Shown: piece after piece, positions 18,215 to 27,293 of the stretch
How the letters are laid out: every line of letters begins with the position of its first letter
How positions within the stretch are numbered: the stretch's first letter is position 1
The notes under the pieces: model-generated
The model's input: only the letters and a program-made list of their open reading frames with translations
Databases searched by the model: none
Told to the model about the DNA's origin: nothing
Translations under genes and position numbers: made by a program
Assembly: GCA_018969385.1 (NCBI GenBank)
Contig: JAGWYL010000004.1
Coordinates: 1 to 47,579 of the forward strand
Direction: 5' to 3'
From: Patescibacteria group bacterium
Lineage (GTDB): Bacteria > Patescibacteriota > Minisyncoccia > Phycocordibacterales > Phycocordibacteraceae
DNA length: 47,579 bases

Positions 18215-19021
18215 CTACTTCTTCTTGAGGAACGGGCCGACGCGCGCCCGGATGCGCGGCTTCACGAGCGCGCCGAGACCGAGGTGCCCTCCCTTCCGGA
18301 GCGCGACGAATGCCGCACCGGCGGCCTTCGCGAATTCCTGCGCAGGCGCGAACGGCACCACGCCATCGTCCTTCGCATGGATGATGAGGAGCTTCTTCCC
18401 GAAAACTAGGACATCCGATGTCCTAGTTTTCGGGCGGGCTTTCATTTTCGACAGTTCGCATGCGGGATTATAGAAATCGCCCTTCGCGAGCTTCTTCCAC
18501 ACGCCGGGATGCGCGCGATACGCCTCGCCGAACGTGAGCGGCACGAGTTCGGACATGAGCTCGAGCGGCTCGGCGGTCCCCTCCTGCTTCGTCCAGTCCG
18601 TGACCGGCGAGAGCGCCACCGCTTTCGAGACGCGGCGGTCGCGCGAAGCGAGGATGACCGCCGGTCCGCCGAATGAGCTCCCTATGAGGAAATACTTCGC
18701 ATGCGGGACGCGGAATTTCGCCCTGCTCGCGTAATCGACGAACCCCTTCGCGATACCGTCCATGACGGCAACGAGGTCCTCCGCCGGGGAGTGCTTCAGG
18801 AACACGCCGCCGCTCTCCCACGTGCCCCGATAGCGCGGAACGAAGACCCAGTAGCCCGCCTCCGCGAAGAAAGCCATGAGCTTCCCGTTCTTGCCCGGGT
18901 ATGCGGGCGCGCCCCCCGCGAGGATGACGACCTTGTCCGATTTCCTTGCGGGCGGCAGGAACTCGCAGACGATGTCCTGCGCGAAGCGCGTGCGCAGCGG
19001 GAACTTCACTTCGGTTTTCAT
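18215..19021 (-). CDS. Alpha/beta hydrolase (S9-like)
   Basis: PRYRGTWES, GSSFGG nucleophile elbow, HAKDDGVVP, GGH; start 6 nt after TGGTATCAT. Confidence 0.88.
   Translation of the reverse strand: MKTEVKFPLRTRFAQDIVCEFLPPARKSDKVVILAGGAPAYPGKNGKLMAFFAEAGYWVFVPRYRGTWESGGVFLKHSPAEDLVAVMDGIAKGFVDYASRAKFRVPHAKYFLIGSSFGGPAVILASRDRRVSKAVALSPVTDWTKQEGTAEPLELMSELVPLTFGEAYRAHPGVWKKLAKGDFYNPACELSKMKARPKTRTSDVLVFGKKLLIIHAKDDGVVPFAPAQEFAKAAGAAFVALRKGGHLGLGALVKPRIRARVGPFLKKK
18398..18434. repeat. 37-bp intragenic palindrome (18-1-18)
   Basis: CCCGAAAACTAGGACATC-C-GATGTCCTAGTTTTCGGG, translated in frame as PKTRTSDVLVFG. Confidence 0.92.
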
Positions 19022-19059
19022 GCAGCGATGATACCAGCAACCCGCGTCACAAGAAAAGA

Positions 19060-19117
19060 AAAGGCCCGGCAAAGCGCTGCCGGGCCTTTCGCACCCTTGC
19101 AGGCTTAGCCTGCAAGG
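19060..19117 (-). terminator. pth terminator plus adjacent 11-1-11 palindrome
   Basis: AAAGGCCCGGCA/TGCCGGGCCTTT (19060-89) with minus-strand T-run; CCTTGCAGGCT-T-AGCCTGCAAGG (19095-117). Confidence 0.7.
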
Positions 19118-19127
19118 CATAGGCGTT

Positions 19128-19724
19128 TCAGCGCGTGTTCGCGAACATGACGGCTGCATCCGCGCCGTCCGCCGCATAGATGCGCGCGGCCTCCGTGGCT
19201 TTCCTCAGAACCTTCGCGAGCACCGCCGCTTCCGCAGGCTTCCATTTTCCGATGACGTGCTTCACGACTTTCTCTTCGCCGGAAACTTTCTTCGCCTGAT
19301 TCTTCTTTCCCTTCCCGCTGATGCCGATGCGGATGCGCGCGAAGTCCTTCGTCTTCACGGCGCGCATGATGCTCTCCACGCCCTTATGTCCGCCGCTGCC
19401 GCGCCCGACGACCATCTTGATGACGCCAAGCGGCAGGTCGAGGTCGTCATGGATGACAAGCAGGTTCTTCGCCGCCTTCGGGCTCTTCACGAACGCGGCT
19501 ACCGCTTTCCCGGAAAGGTTCATCATCGTTTCCGGAAGGACGAGGACGGCGGGTTCGCCGCGAAGCGCACCCTTCGCGACGAGCGCCTTCGCCGTCTTGT
19601 TCAGGGCGAACGCTTCGAACCCCTCCTCTTCCGCAAGCAGTTCCACCGCCATGCGCCCCGCGTTGTGCCGCGTCTTCTCGTATTCCTTTCCCGGATTCCC
19701 GAGCCCCGCGATGATGATAGCCAT
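19128..19724 (-). CDS. pth: Peptidyl-tRNA hydrolase
   Basis: GLGNPG.EY..TRHNAG, MNLSG, HDDLD, GGHKG, RIRIGI. Confidence 0.96.
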   Translation of the reverse strand: MAIIIAGLGNPGKEYEKTRHNAGRMAVELLAEEEGFEAFALNKTAKALVAKGALRGEPAVLVLPETMMNLSGKAVAAFVKSPKAAKNLLVIHDDLDLPLGVIKMVVGRGSGGHKGVESIMRAVKTKDFARIRIGISGKGKKNQAKKVSGEEKVVKHVIGKWKPAEAAVLAKVLRKATEAARIYAADGADAAVMFANTR

Positions 19725-19809
19725 GGCGCAATCCTAGCACGCGATGCAACTTTACTTTCCTGGAAAATGTTTATACTGATGCGGCACCTATCTCAAAAGG
19801 AGGTTGGAG

Positions 19810-20076
19810 GTGGCTAGGATTCGCATCACGAAGGCGCCGGACTACGCGCCGCAGAAACTGAAGAAGTTCTTTGAGGGCATTGAGATTGTCACCGCTGTCG
19901 GGTCCCTTCATATCGGCGTCCCGGTGGACCTCGAAAAGCTCGCACTTGCACTGCAAGCGAACGGAGCAGCGGGAGCGGAGTGCATCTTCTACACGGACTC
20001 GAACTGCGTGTTTCCCAAAGAACGACTCGCGTACATTCCCAACGAGTGTTGCGAACTCCTGCCGGAGCACGCATGA
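19810..20076 (+). CDS. Small hypothetical protein
   Basis: AAGGAGG before GTG; protein-like composition; ends IPNECCELL. Confidence 0.55.
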   Translation: MARIRITKAPDYAPQKLKKFFEGIEIVTAVGSLHIGVPVDLEKLALALQANGAAGAECIFYTDSNCVFPKERLAYIPNECCELLPEHA

Positions 20077-20354
20077 CACCCCAGCACCAAGCGAAGGCAT
20101 CCCGACCTTTCGTTTTATGGACGGTCGTCCCTCTTCCTCGTACATGAACACGACTAGCGTAACCGTGGAAGCACGCGCGGGCGATGATGGCCGGAGGAAG
20201 CGAAGCGTGTCAGTCTTGAGACAGCCTAGCGGAGCTGCGCAAGACTGACACCGGCCTCGCGAGCGGACTCCGGACATCGCGCACGAGCGTGCGCAGGGGT
20301 CGTATCTGAGCGCAAAACTTGCGCGCCGGAACAGCGAGCGTACAATGACGCGCA

Positions 20355-20942
20355 ATGAAGCTTTTTGGACAGTTGGTGAAAGAGTTTTTCACCTTCATCG
20401 TTCTCGCTGTCGTCATCGTCCTCCCCATCCGCATCTTCATAGCCCAGCCGTTCATCGTAGAAGGCGAATCCATGCATCCCACGTTCGAGAACGGGGACTA
20501 CCTCATCGTCGACGAGCTCACCTACCGCTTCGAGAAGCCGCAGCGCGGCGACGTCATCACCTTCCGCTACCCCGGCGACCCTTCCATCTTCTACATAAAA
20601 CGCATCATCGGCCTCCCCGGCGAGACGGTGGCCATCAACCGCGGCGTCGTGAGCATCACGAAGCCCGACGGCACGACGCTCACGCTTACGGAACCGTACA
20701 TCGCCGCCGAGGACGCGACGTACACGAAGACGACGACGCTCGGTCCGGACCAGTATTTCATGATGGGCGATAACCGCCCGAACTCCTCCGATTCCCGCGT
20801 GTGGGGGCCGCTGCCCGAAAACGACATCATGGGGCGCGTCATCTTCCGCCTCCTGCCGATTCCCGAACTCGGGCTGTTCCCGGGCGCGACCACCTACGCT
20901 CCGGTGCACGCGACGACGAGCGCGGCGGCGCCGATGCCATGA
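20355..20942 (+). CDS. lepB: Signal peptidase I
   Basis: GESMHPT (Ser), YIKRIIGLPGE (Lys), GDNR.NS.DSR. Confidence 0.96.
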   Translation: MKLFGQLVKEFFTFIVLAVVIVLPIRIFIAQPFIVEGESMHPTFENGDYLIVDELTYRFEKPQRGDVITFRYPGDPSIFYIKRIIGLPGETVAINRGVVSITKPDGTTLTLTEPYIAAEDATYTKTTTLGPDQYFMMGDNRPNSSDSRVWGPLPENDIMGRVIFRLLPIPELGLFPGATTYAPVHATTSAAAPMP

Positions 20943-22084
20943 GCACGCTTCCGCTTCGTCCGGACGATGTGCTGCGCCGCGCGCACCTGGTCGGGAATTA
21001 CTACGGCTTCACCCCGTTCGCGCAGATAGCGGAGAGCCGCAAGGGCATGAAGACGCGCATGGCGTATCCGGAGGGACTTCCCTTCGAATCGCTCGACCCC
21101 GTCGCGCAGGATGTCGCCACGTTCCTGAAACAAGTACGCGAGCTCGGCCTCGCTCCCTCCGTGCATGAACCGCTCTTCGTCTGGCACACGAACGCCGCCG
21201 CCGGACGTCCCGCGCCGAAGAACCTCACCATCCAGTTCCACGCGCTCGGCGCGGAACGGCCCATCGCGGACGCCGTGCTCATCCGTGCCGTGCGCTCGCT
21301 CGTGACCGACCTCGCGAAGGAAGAACCCGTCATCCGCGTGAACTCGATGGGCGACAAGGAGACGCGCGCGCGTTTCTCGCGCGAACTCACCACGTTCTTC
21401 CGGAAGAACGGCGGCACGCTCCCCGAACGCTGCGTCACCTGCGCGAAGAAGGATCTCATGGAAGCCGCCGAGCTGCTCATCAGCGAAGCGTGCGCGGAAG
21501 ACCTTCCTTCCTCGACCGACCACCTCTCCGAGGCGAGCCGCAAGCATTTCGAGGAGCTCCTCGAATACCTCGAAGACACCGCGACGCCGTACGAGCTTTC
21601 TCCGCACCTCCTCTCGAGAGGCGGGGCGTGGTCCGACACCTGCTTCGAGATGCGCACGGACGGCGAGGTGCGCGCCTGGGGTTCGCGCTATAACGACCTT
21701 GCGCGGCAATTCTTCAAATCCTCTCTGCCGTCCGTAGGCGCGCTCATCCGCTTCCCCTCTTCCTCCCGCGACGTCGTGAAGCCGATGAAGGACAGCCGGA
21801 AGCCGCGGTTCGTCTTCGTGCACATCGGCATGGAAGCGAAGCGGGAGAGCATGCGGCTCGCGGACGAGCTCCGCCATGCGCGGCTGCCGCTCACGCAGTC
21901 CATCGGCGTCGAATCGCTCACGGAGCAGATGCGGCTCGCGGAAAAGATGAACCCGCCGTATCTCATCATCATGGGCCGCAAGGAGGCGCTCGAGCGCGCG
22001 GTCATCCTGCGCGAGCGCGCGACGCACACGGAGTCCGTCATCCCGCTTTCCGAACTCACCGCGCGTCTCGCCGCCGTCGGTTAG
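20939..22084 (+). CDS. Degenerate histidyl-tRNA synthetase-like protein with anticodon-binding domain
   Basis: YYGF, INS-like VNSMGD, CVTC, HFEELLEYLE, GSRYNDL, C-terminal QMRLAEK...IIMG..E; lacks RPE.T and ERPQ.GR; ATGA overlap with lepB. Confidence 0.75.
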   Translation: MSTLPLRPDDVLRRAHLVGNYYGFTPFAQIAESRKGMKTRMAYPEGLPFESLDPVAQDVATFLKQVRELGLAPSVHEPLFVWHTNAAAGRPAPKNLTIQFHALGAERPIADAVLIRAVRSLVTDLAKEEPVIRVNSMGDKETRARFSRELTTFFRKNGGTLPERCVTCAKKDLMEAAELLISEACAEDLPSSTDHLSEASRKHFEELLEYLEDTATPYELSPHLLSRGGAWSDTCFEMRTDGEVRAWGSRYNDLARQFFKSSLPSVGALIRFPSSSRDVVKPMKDSRKPRFVFVHIGMEAKRESMRLADELRHARLPLTQSIGVESLTEQMRLAEKMNPPYLIIMGRKEALERAVILRERATHTESVIPLSELTARLAAVG

Positions 22085-22117
22085 GGTCTCATGGCAAGAG
22101 CTGCGTTCACGGCGCGA

Positions 22118-22236
22118 CAGCGGCATGGCGCTTTGCATCCGTCCTCGCGGCGGCAGTGACGATTTTCCGTCGGACCCGCTAGACGCGGAAAATCGTCACG
22201 CGCCGTCTTCGTCCTGCGCAAAGCGTCACGCCGCTG
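22118..22236. repeat. Long bulged stem-loop element A
   Basis: Outer CAGCGGCATGGCGCTTTGC/GCAAAGCGTCACGCCGCTG; inner 14-bp GTGACGATTTTCCG/CGGAAAATCGTCAC. Confidence 0.75.
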
Positions 22237-22297
22237 CCATACCAACGAGCGACCTTCTGGACAACTTCATGCACCCCGTGCTATTCTCCACCGACAC

Positions 22298-22567
22298 ATG
22301 GAAGGAGCAGTCCAGGTAGAAGTCCGGAAAGGCAAGAACGAGAGTTCGGCGGCCCTCATCCGCCGTTTCTCGCGCCGCGCGCAAGGCGCGGGCGTCGTCC
22401 GCGGACTCCGGAACCGCCGCTACTTCCTGCGCACCAAGTCGAAGAACGTGGAGCGCCGCCGCGCCCTGGTGGGCATCGCCCGCAAGGAGAAATACGTCGA
22501 GCTCGTGAAGCTCGGCAAGATAGACCCGACGGCCAGGAAGACGCGCGGGAAGGGCGGAAGGCGATGA
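22298..22567 (+). CDS. rpsU: 30S ribosomal protein bS21-like
   Basis: VEVRK..NES...LIRRFSRR, R.RRYF..KS; small and basic. Confidence 0.75.
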   Translation: MEGAVQVEVRKGKNESSAALIRRFSRRAQGAGVVRGLRNRRYFLRTKSKNVERRRALVGIARKEKYVELVKLGKIDPTARKTRGKGGRR

Positions 22568-23061
22568 GCACCGGTTCCGTAAAGCGCCGCTCTCCCGTGG
22601 AGAGCGGCGCTTTCTCCGTATCCGGGCTGCCGAAGCGCCTCCGGCGCACGCCGTTTTCGCGCGCGGCGGCTCTTGCGCTTCCCGGGTGGGAACTCTCTCT
22701 CGCATTCATCCCGCCCGAGAAGGCGCGCGCGCTCAACATCCGCCTGCGCGGCAAGGACTACGTCCCGAATGTCCTCTCCTACCGCGTCGGCAAGATGCAC
22801 GGGGAAGTCCTCATCTGCCCCGCCATCGCGAAAAAGCAGGCGCCGGACTTCGGACTTCCAGCCGACCGTTTCCTGCTCCTTCTCTTTATCCACGGCTGTT
22901 TGCATTTGGAGGGTCTCCCTCACGGGGCTACAATGGAGCGCAAGGAGCGCGCTCTCGTAACGGAGAGTCTGGGTTCCGCAAACACTTCGAACACTCATGG
23001 CACGAAGAATCGCAACCGGCATCGACATCGGAACGCACCAGGTCAAGATCGTCGTCACTGA
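22564..23061 (+). CDS. ybeY: rRNA maturation endoribonuclease YbeY
   Basis: LN..RGKDY..NVLS, GEVLICP, HGCLHLEGLPH. Confidence 0.9.
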   Translation: MSTGSVKRRSPVESGAFSVSGLPKRLRRTPFSRAAALALPGWELSLAFIPPEKARALNIRLRGKDYVPNVLSYRVGKMHGEVLICPAIAKKQAPDFGLPADRFLLLLFIHGCLHLEGLPHGATMERKERALVTESLGSANTSNTHGTKNRNRHRHRNAPGQDRRH

Positions 23062-24169
23062 AGAAGTGCACGGTCCGGACGGCGCGCGCATGCCGCGCAT
23101 CATCGCCACCGGCCTTGCCGAGTCGAAAGGGTTGCGGCACGGCTACGTCGTGAACCGCACGGACGTCGCGGAAAGCATCATCGCCGCGAAGCGCGAAGCG
23201 GAGCGCGGCGCGGGATTCCCCGTGAAGAGCGCCTTTCTCGCTATCGGCGGCGCATCGCTCGACGAGCTGCGCGCCACGGGCGAAACGGTCATCGCGCGCG
23301 CGGACCAGGAAGTCACGGATATGGACCTCGCCGCCACGGAGAACGCCGCGCGGGAGACCATCGCGCCCGCGCTCATCAACCGCATCGTGCTCCACGTCAT
23401 CCCCGTCGCCTACCGCCTCGACGGCGCGCCCGTCCTCGGCGGGACGCCGCGCGGCATGAAGGGGACCCGCCTTTCCGTAGACTACGTATTCGTCACCGCC
23501 CTCTCCCAGCACGTCGAGGCGCTCGTCGGCGCGGTCGAGGACGCGGATATCGAGGTCGTCGACAAGATGGCTTCCCCGCTCGCGGGCTCGAACGTCCTCC
23601 TCACGAAGGACCAGAAGATGAAGGGCTGCGTGCTCGCGAATATCGGCGCGGAGACCGTTTCCATCGTCGTGTTCGATTACGGCATACCGCTCTCCGTGAA
23701 GATGTTCTCCATCGGCTCGACGAGCATCACGGACGACATCGCGCTCGGTTTGCGCATCCCGCTTGACGAAGCGGAGCGTCTCAAGCTCGGCAAGCTCGGC
23801 GGCGCCATGTATCCGCGCAAGAAGATAGAGGAAATCATCGCGGCGCGGCTTTCCGCGATGTTCGACCTCATCGACAAGCACCTCAAGGTCATCGGCAGGC
23901 GCGGTCTCCTGCCCGCGGGCATCGCCCTTTCGGGCGGCGGCGCGGGCGCGGGCTCCATAAGCGACATCGCGCGGCATTCGCTCGCGCTTCCCGCGCGCAT
24001 CGCCGAGCTCCGGCTCCCGCCCGATACCAAGCTGCGCGACTCGACCTGGGCGGTCGCCTACGGCCTCACCCTCTGGGGCCTCACCGGCGAGACGGACATC
24101 GAACGCAAGGGCGCATTCGCTTCCCTCGGCCATACCCTGCGCCGTTTCGTGCGCCAATTCCTTCCCTGA
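22997..24169 (+). CDS. ftsA: Cell division protein FtsA
   Basis: GIDIGT, SKGLRHG, NIGAET, GS..ITDDIA, AERLK, LSGGGA; upstream of ftsZ. Confidence 0.93.
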   Translation: MARRIATGIDIGTHQVKIVVTEEVHGPDGARMPRIIATGLAESKGLRHGYVVNRTDVAESIIAAKREAERGAGFPVKSAFLAIGGASLDELRATGETVIARADQEVTDMDLAATENAARETIAPALINRIVLHVIPVAYRLDGAPVLGGTPRGMKGTRLSVDYVFVTALSQHVEALVGAVEDADIEVVDKMASPLAGSNVLLTKDQKMKGCVLANIGAETVSIVVFDYGIPLSVKMFSIGSTSITDDIALGLRIPLDEAERLKLGKLGGAMYPRKKIEEIIAARLSAMFDLIDKHLKVIGRRGLLPAGIALSGGGAGAGSISDIARHSLALPARIAELRLPPDTKLRDSTWAVAYGLTLWGLTGETDIERKGAFASLGHTLRRFVRQFLP

Positions 24170-24299
24170 AGGGGCAGGAAGCCAGATTTCCGCTCCGGTC
24201 TTGCCTCTTGACGAGGACACGGAAGACTGGTGCGTCAATATTCCCCCCACCCTTGCCTTTTGCTATCATGCCTGGACTAATTTCAAGGCCACATCCCAT

Positions 24300-25520
24300 A
24301 TGTCCAAAAGAATCCAACCCGAGATAGAGACGTTCGCCCGCATCCGGGTCGTCGGCGTCGGTGGCTCCGGAGGCAACGCGATCAATCACATGATCAATTC
24401 GAAGGTGCGCGGCGTCGAATTCCTCGCCATCAACACGGACGCGCAGGACCTGCACCGCTCGCTCGCGAAACGGAAGATTCACATCGGGAAGAACCTCACG
24501 CGCGGACTCGGTGCCGGGATGAATCCGGACTTGGGACGGCGTGCGGGCGAAGAGACGCGCCAGGAAATCCAGGAAGCGCTCCAGGGTTCGGACATGGTGT
24601 TCATCACCTGCGGCATGGGCGGCGGCACGGGTACGGGCGCATCCGCCATCGTCGCGAAGATCGCGAAGGAGCTCGGCGCGCTCACCGTCGCCGTCGTCAC
24701 GAAGCCGTTCGGCTTCGAGGGCGCGCAGCGCGCGAAGATAGCGGACCACGGGCTCGCGGAACTCAAGAAGGAAGTGGACGCGTTCATCATCATCCCGAAC
24801 GACAAGCTCTTGACCGCGGTCGATGCGCAGACCTCCGCGAAGAGCGCCTTCGCCATGTGCGACGAGATACTGCGCCAGGCCGTCGAGGGCGTCTCGGACG
24901 TCATCGTGACCCCGGGCGAGATAAACACGGACTTTAACGACATCAAGGCCATCATGGAGGGCGCAGGTCCCGCGCTCATGGGCATCGGCGTCGCGGAGGG
25001 CGACAACCGCGCGAAGGAAGCGGCGCAGCACGCCATCAATTCCCCGCTCTTGGACATCTCCATCTCGGGAGCGAAGGGCGTCCTCTTCGTCGTGGCCGGT
25101 TCGGACGACCTCGGCATCCTCGAGATACAGGAAGCGGCGAGCATCATCAAGGAAGCCGTCGACAAGGACGCGAAGGTCATCTTCGGCATCATGAAGGACG
25201 AGAAGCTCAAGAAGGGACAGGTGCGCCTCATCGTCATCGCCACCGGGTTCCCGGACCACGCGTCCGGCGGCGTCCTCGTGAACGAACGTTCGCTCTTCTC
25301 CATGGCGCCCAAGGAGCAGATCGAAGAGAAGGGGAAGATATTCAATACGCTCATCCCGAAGCGCGAGGAAGCGGCGGCGGAAGAGAAACCCGTCGAGCCG
25401 GCTCCGGAACCGGTGACCGTACCCGAAGACAAGCCGCAGGAATCCGCGGGGAAGGACGCGGACGAAGAGACGGAGAATTGGGGCGCTATCCCTTCGTTCC
25501 TCCGCCGCAACAAGAAGTAG
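24300..25520 (+). CDS. ftsZ: Cell division protein FtsZ
   Basis: GVGGSGGNA, GMGGGTGTG, NTDFND, C-terminal IPSFLRR. Confidence 0.98.
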   Translation: MSKRIQPEIETFARIRVVGVGGSGGNAINHMINSKVRGVEFLAINTDAQDLHRSLAKRKIHIGKNLTRGLGAGMNPDLGRRAGEETRQEIQEALQGSDMVFITCGMGGGTGTGASAIVAKIAKELGALTVAVVTKPFGFEGAQRAKIADHGLAELKKEVDAFIIIPNDKLLTAVDAQTSAKSAFAMCDEILRQAVEGVSDVIVTPGEINTDFNDIKAIMEGAGPALMGIGVAEGDNRAKEAAQHAINSPLLDISISGAKGVLFVVAGSDDLGILEIQEAASIIKEAVDKDAKVIFGIMKDEKLKKGQVRLIVIATGFPDHASGGVLVNERSLFSMAPKEQIEEKGKIFNTLIPKREEAAAEEKPVEPAPEPVTVPEDKPQESAGKDADEETENWGAIPSFLRRNKK

Positions 25521-25529
25521 GCTCCGCTC

Positions 25530-25668
25530 GGGTTACAGAACGGAGCCGCGTCGACCCCTCCAGCGAGGGGTCGCGCTCTACCTCGCCCTCGCAAATTCCG
25601 GCGCAGCTGCCCTACGGCGCCGGAATTACCATGCTGCTTCGGGCTGCGGACGCTCCGTTTTGCAACCC
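25530..25668. repeat. Long bulged stem-loop element B
   Basis: Outer GGGTTACAGAACGGAGC/GCTCCGTTTTGCAACCC; inner AATTCCGGCGC/GCGCCGGAATT; side hairpin GACCCCTC/GAGGGGTC. Confidence 0.75.
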
Positions 25669-25734
25669 TCGCTCCGCTTCTGACAAATGCTATGCACATT
25701 TGTCTCTCACTTCGCTTGGCAGTAAGCTGTATTC

Positions 25735-26658
25735 ATGAACGACCTCATCATCATCGGCGGCGGGCCCGCCGGAGTTTCCGCAGCCGTATACGCCGCGCGC
25801 AAGCATCTTTCCACCGTCCTCATATCGGAGGATATCGGCGGTCAGAGCATCGTCTCGGAAGGCATCGAGAACTGGATCGGCTGGCCGAAGATATCCGGTT
25901 CCGAACTCGCCAAAGCGCTTCGCGAGCACATAGAAGCGCTCAAGGCGGAGCATGTCGACCTCGTCCTTAGCGACCGCGCCGCGGCGCTTTCGAAGGAAGG
26001 CGAGCGCTTCGTCGTGAAGACGAAGAACGGGAAGGAATTCGCCGCGCGCGCGGTGCTCATCGCCACGGGCGCGAGCCGCCGGAAGCTCGACATCCCCGGC
26101 GCGGACAAGTTCGAGAACAAAGGCGTCACGTACTGCGCGAGCTGCGACGGCCCCTTGTTCGCGGGCATGGACGTGGCCGTCGTCGGCGGCGGTAATGCGG
26201 GATTCGAAACCGCGCTCCAGCTGCTTGCCTACTGTAAGTCCGTGACGCTCTTCCACCGCCACCGCGAATTCAAGGCCGACCCCGTCACGGTGGAGAAGGC
26301 GCTCGCCCACCCGAACATGAAGGTCATGACGCACGCCGAGCCGACGGAAATCCTGGGCGAGCAGTTCGTCACGGGCATGCGGTACCTCGACAAGGACGCG
26401 AACGAGACGAAGGAAATCAAGGTCGCGGGCATCTTCGCGGAAATCGGCGTGCTGCCGAATACGGAATTCGCGGGCGGCCTGCTCGAGCTCGATGCCGTGG
26501 GACGCATCAAGGTGGACGCGCGCAATCAGCGCGCGAACGTGGACGGCATTTGGGCCGCCGGCGATTGCACCGACGAGCTCTATCACCAGAACAACATCGC
26601 CGCCGGCGATGGCGTGAAGGCGCTTGAGGATATCTACCTCTGGCTTAAGACGCGGTAG
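25735..26658 (+). CDS. trxB: Thioredoxin reductase / AhpF C-terminal-like flavoprotein
   Basis: GGGPAG, ATGA, YCASCDG, GGGNAG, WAAGD. Confidence 0.88.
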   Translation: MNDLIIIGGGPAGVSAAVYAARKHLSTVLISEDIGGQSIVSEGIENWIGWPKISGSELAKALREHIEALKAEHVDLVLSDRAAALSKEGERFVVKTKNGKEFAARAVLIATGASRRKLDIPGADKFENKGVTYCASCDGPLFAGMDVAVVGGGNAGFETALQLLAYCKSVTLFHRHREFKADPVTVEKALAHPNMKVMTHAEPTEILGEQFVTGMRYLDKDANETKEIKVAGIFAEIGVLPNTEFAGGLLELDAVGRIKVDARNQRANVDGIWAAGDCTDELYHQNNIAAGDGVKALEDIYLWLKTR

Positions 26659-26663
26659 TAGCC

Positions 26664-27239
26664 ATGCGGAACCGTTACGTACTGGTGCGTCACGGCGAAA
26701 GCAAGGCGAACGTAGAGGGCATAATCATAAGCGACCCGGTCGTTGGTCTTCAGGAAGCATACGGATTATCGTCTCACGGCAAACGTCAGGTACTTGAAGC
26801 GTCACATGCTGCAGCCACCGCGGGACTCGTAGACGCTGAAGCGCTCATACATACCTCGCCCTTCTCGCGAACGAAAGAGACGGCGGAAATCGCACGGGAA
26901 GCTGTCGGGGCGGCACCGGTTATAGAGGACGAGCGGCTACGCGAGCGATGGTTCGGCGTATGGGAGAGAACCTCGAATGCGAATTACTCGCGTGTGTGGC
27001 GCGATGATGAATCGGATATACGCCACACGAACGGGTTGGTCGAGAGTGTTGCGGCTGTCGCGGAACGCATACTGGCTCTCGTGGAAGAACTGGATGAAAA
27101 ACATCACGGCAAGACGCTCGTGCTCGTATCCCACGGCGACCCGCTCGATATTCTCCGGGCTACGTTACGGAACGACGCAGCGGACCACTGCGCTTTCCAG
27201 ATGAAGACTGCGGAATTCCGCGTGCTAGATAACGCATAA
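26664..27239 (+). CDS. Histidine phosphatase family protein
   Basis: RHGES, SPFSRTKET, LRER.FG, VSHGD. Confidence 0.9.
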   Translation: MRNRYVLVRHGESKANVEGIIISDPVVGLQEAYGLSSHGKRQVLEASHAAATAGLVDAEALIHTSPFSRTKETAEIAREAVGAAPVIEDERLRERWFGVWERTSNANYSRVWRDDESDIRHTNGLVESVAAVAERILALVEELDEKHHGKTLVLVSHGDPLDILRATLRNDAADHCAFQMKTAEFRVLDNA

Positions 27240-27293
27240 GCGGCCTCTCCATGAACGATTTCATCATGGCCGCGAAGATTGACGAACTCAGAT

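Noticed and set aside
20073-20340. Additional small ORFs between the 19810 ORF and lepB
   Set aside because: Short frames with no recognisable motif or consistent codon bias
24201-24299. N-terminal extensions in the ORF track (ftsZ, MFP, methyltransferase, hydrolase, MBL, hisS-like)
   Set aside because: They run through promoter motifs or neighbouring genes; downstream ATGs fit family N-termini better
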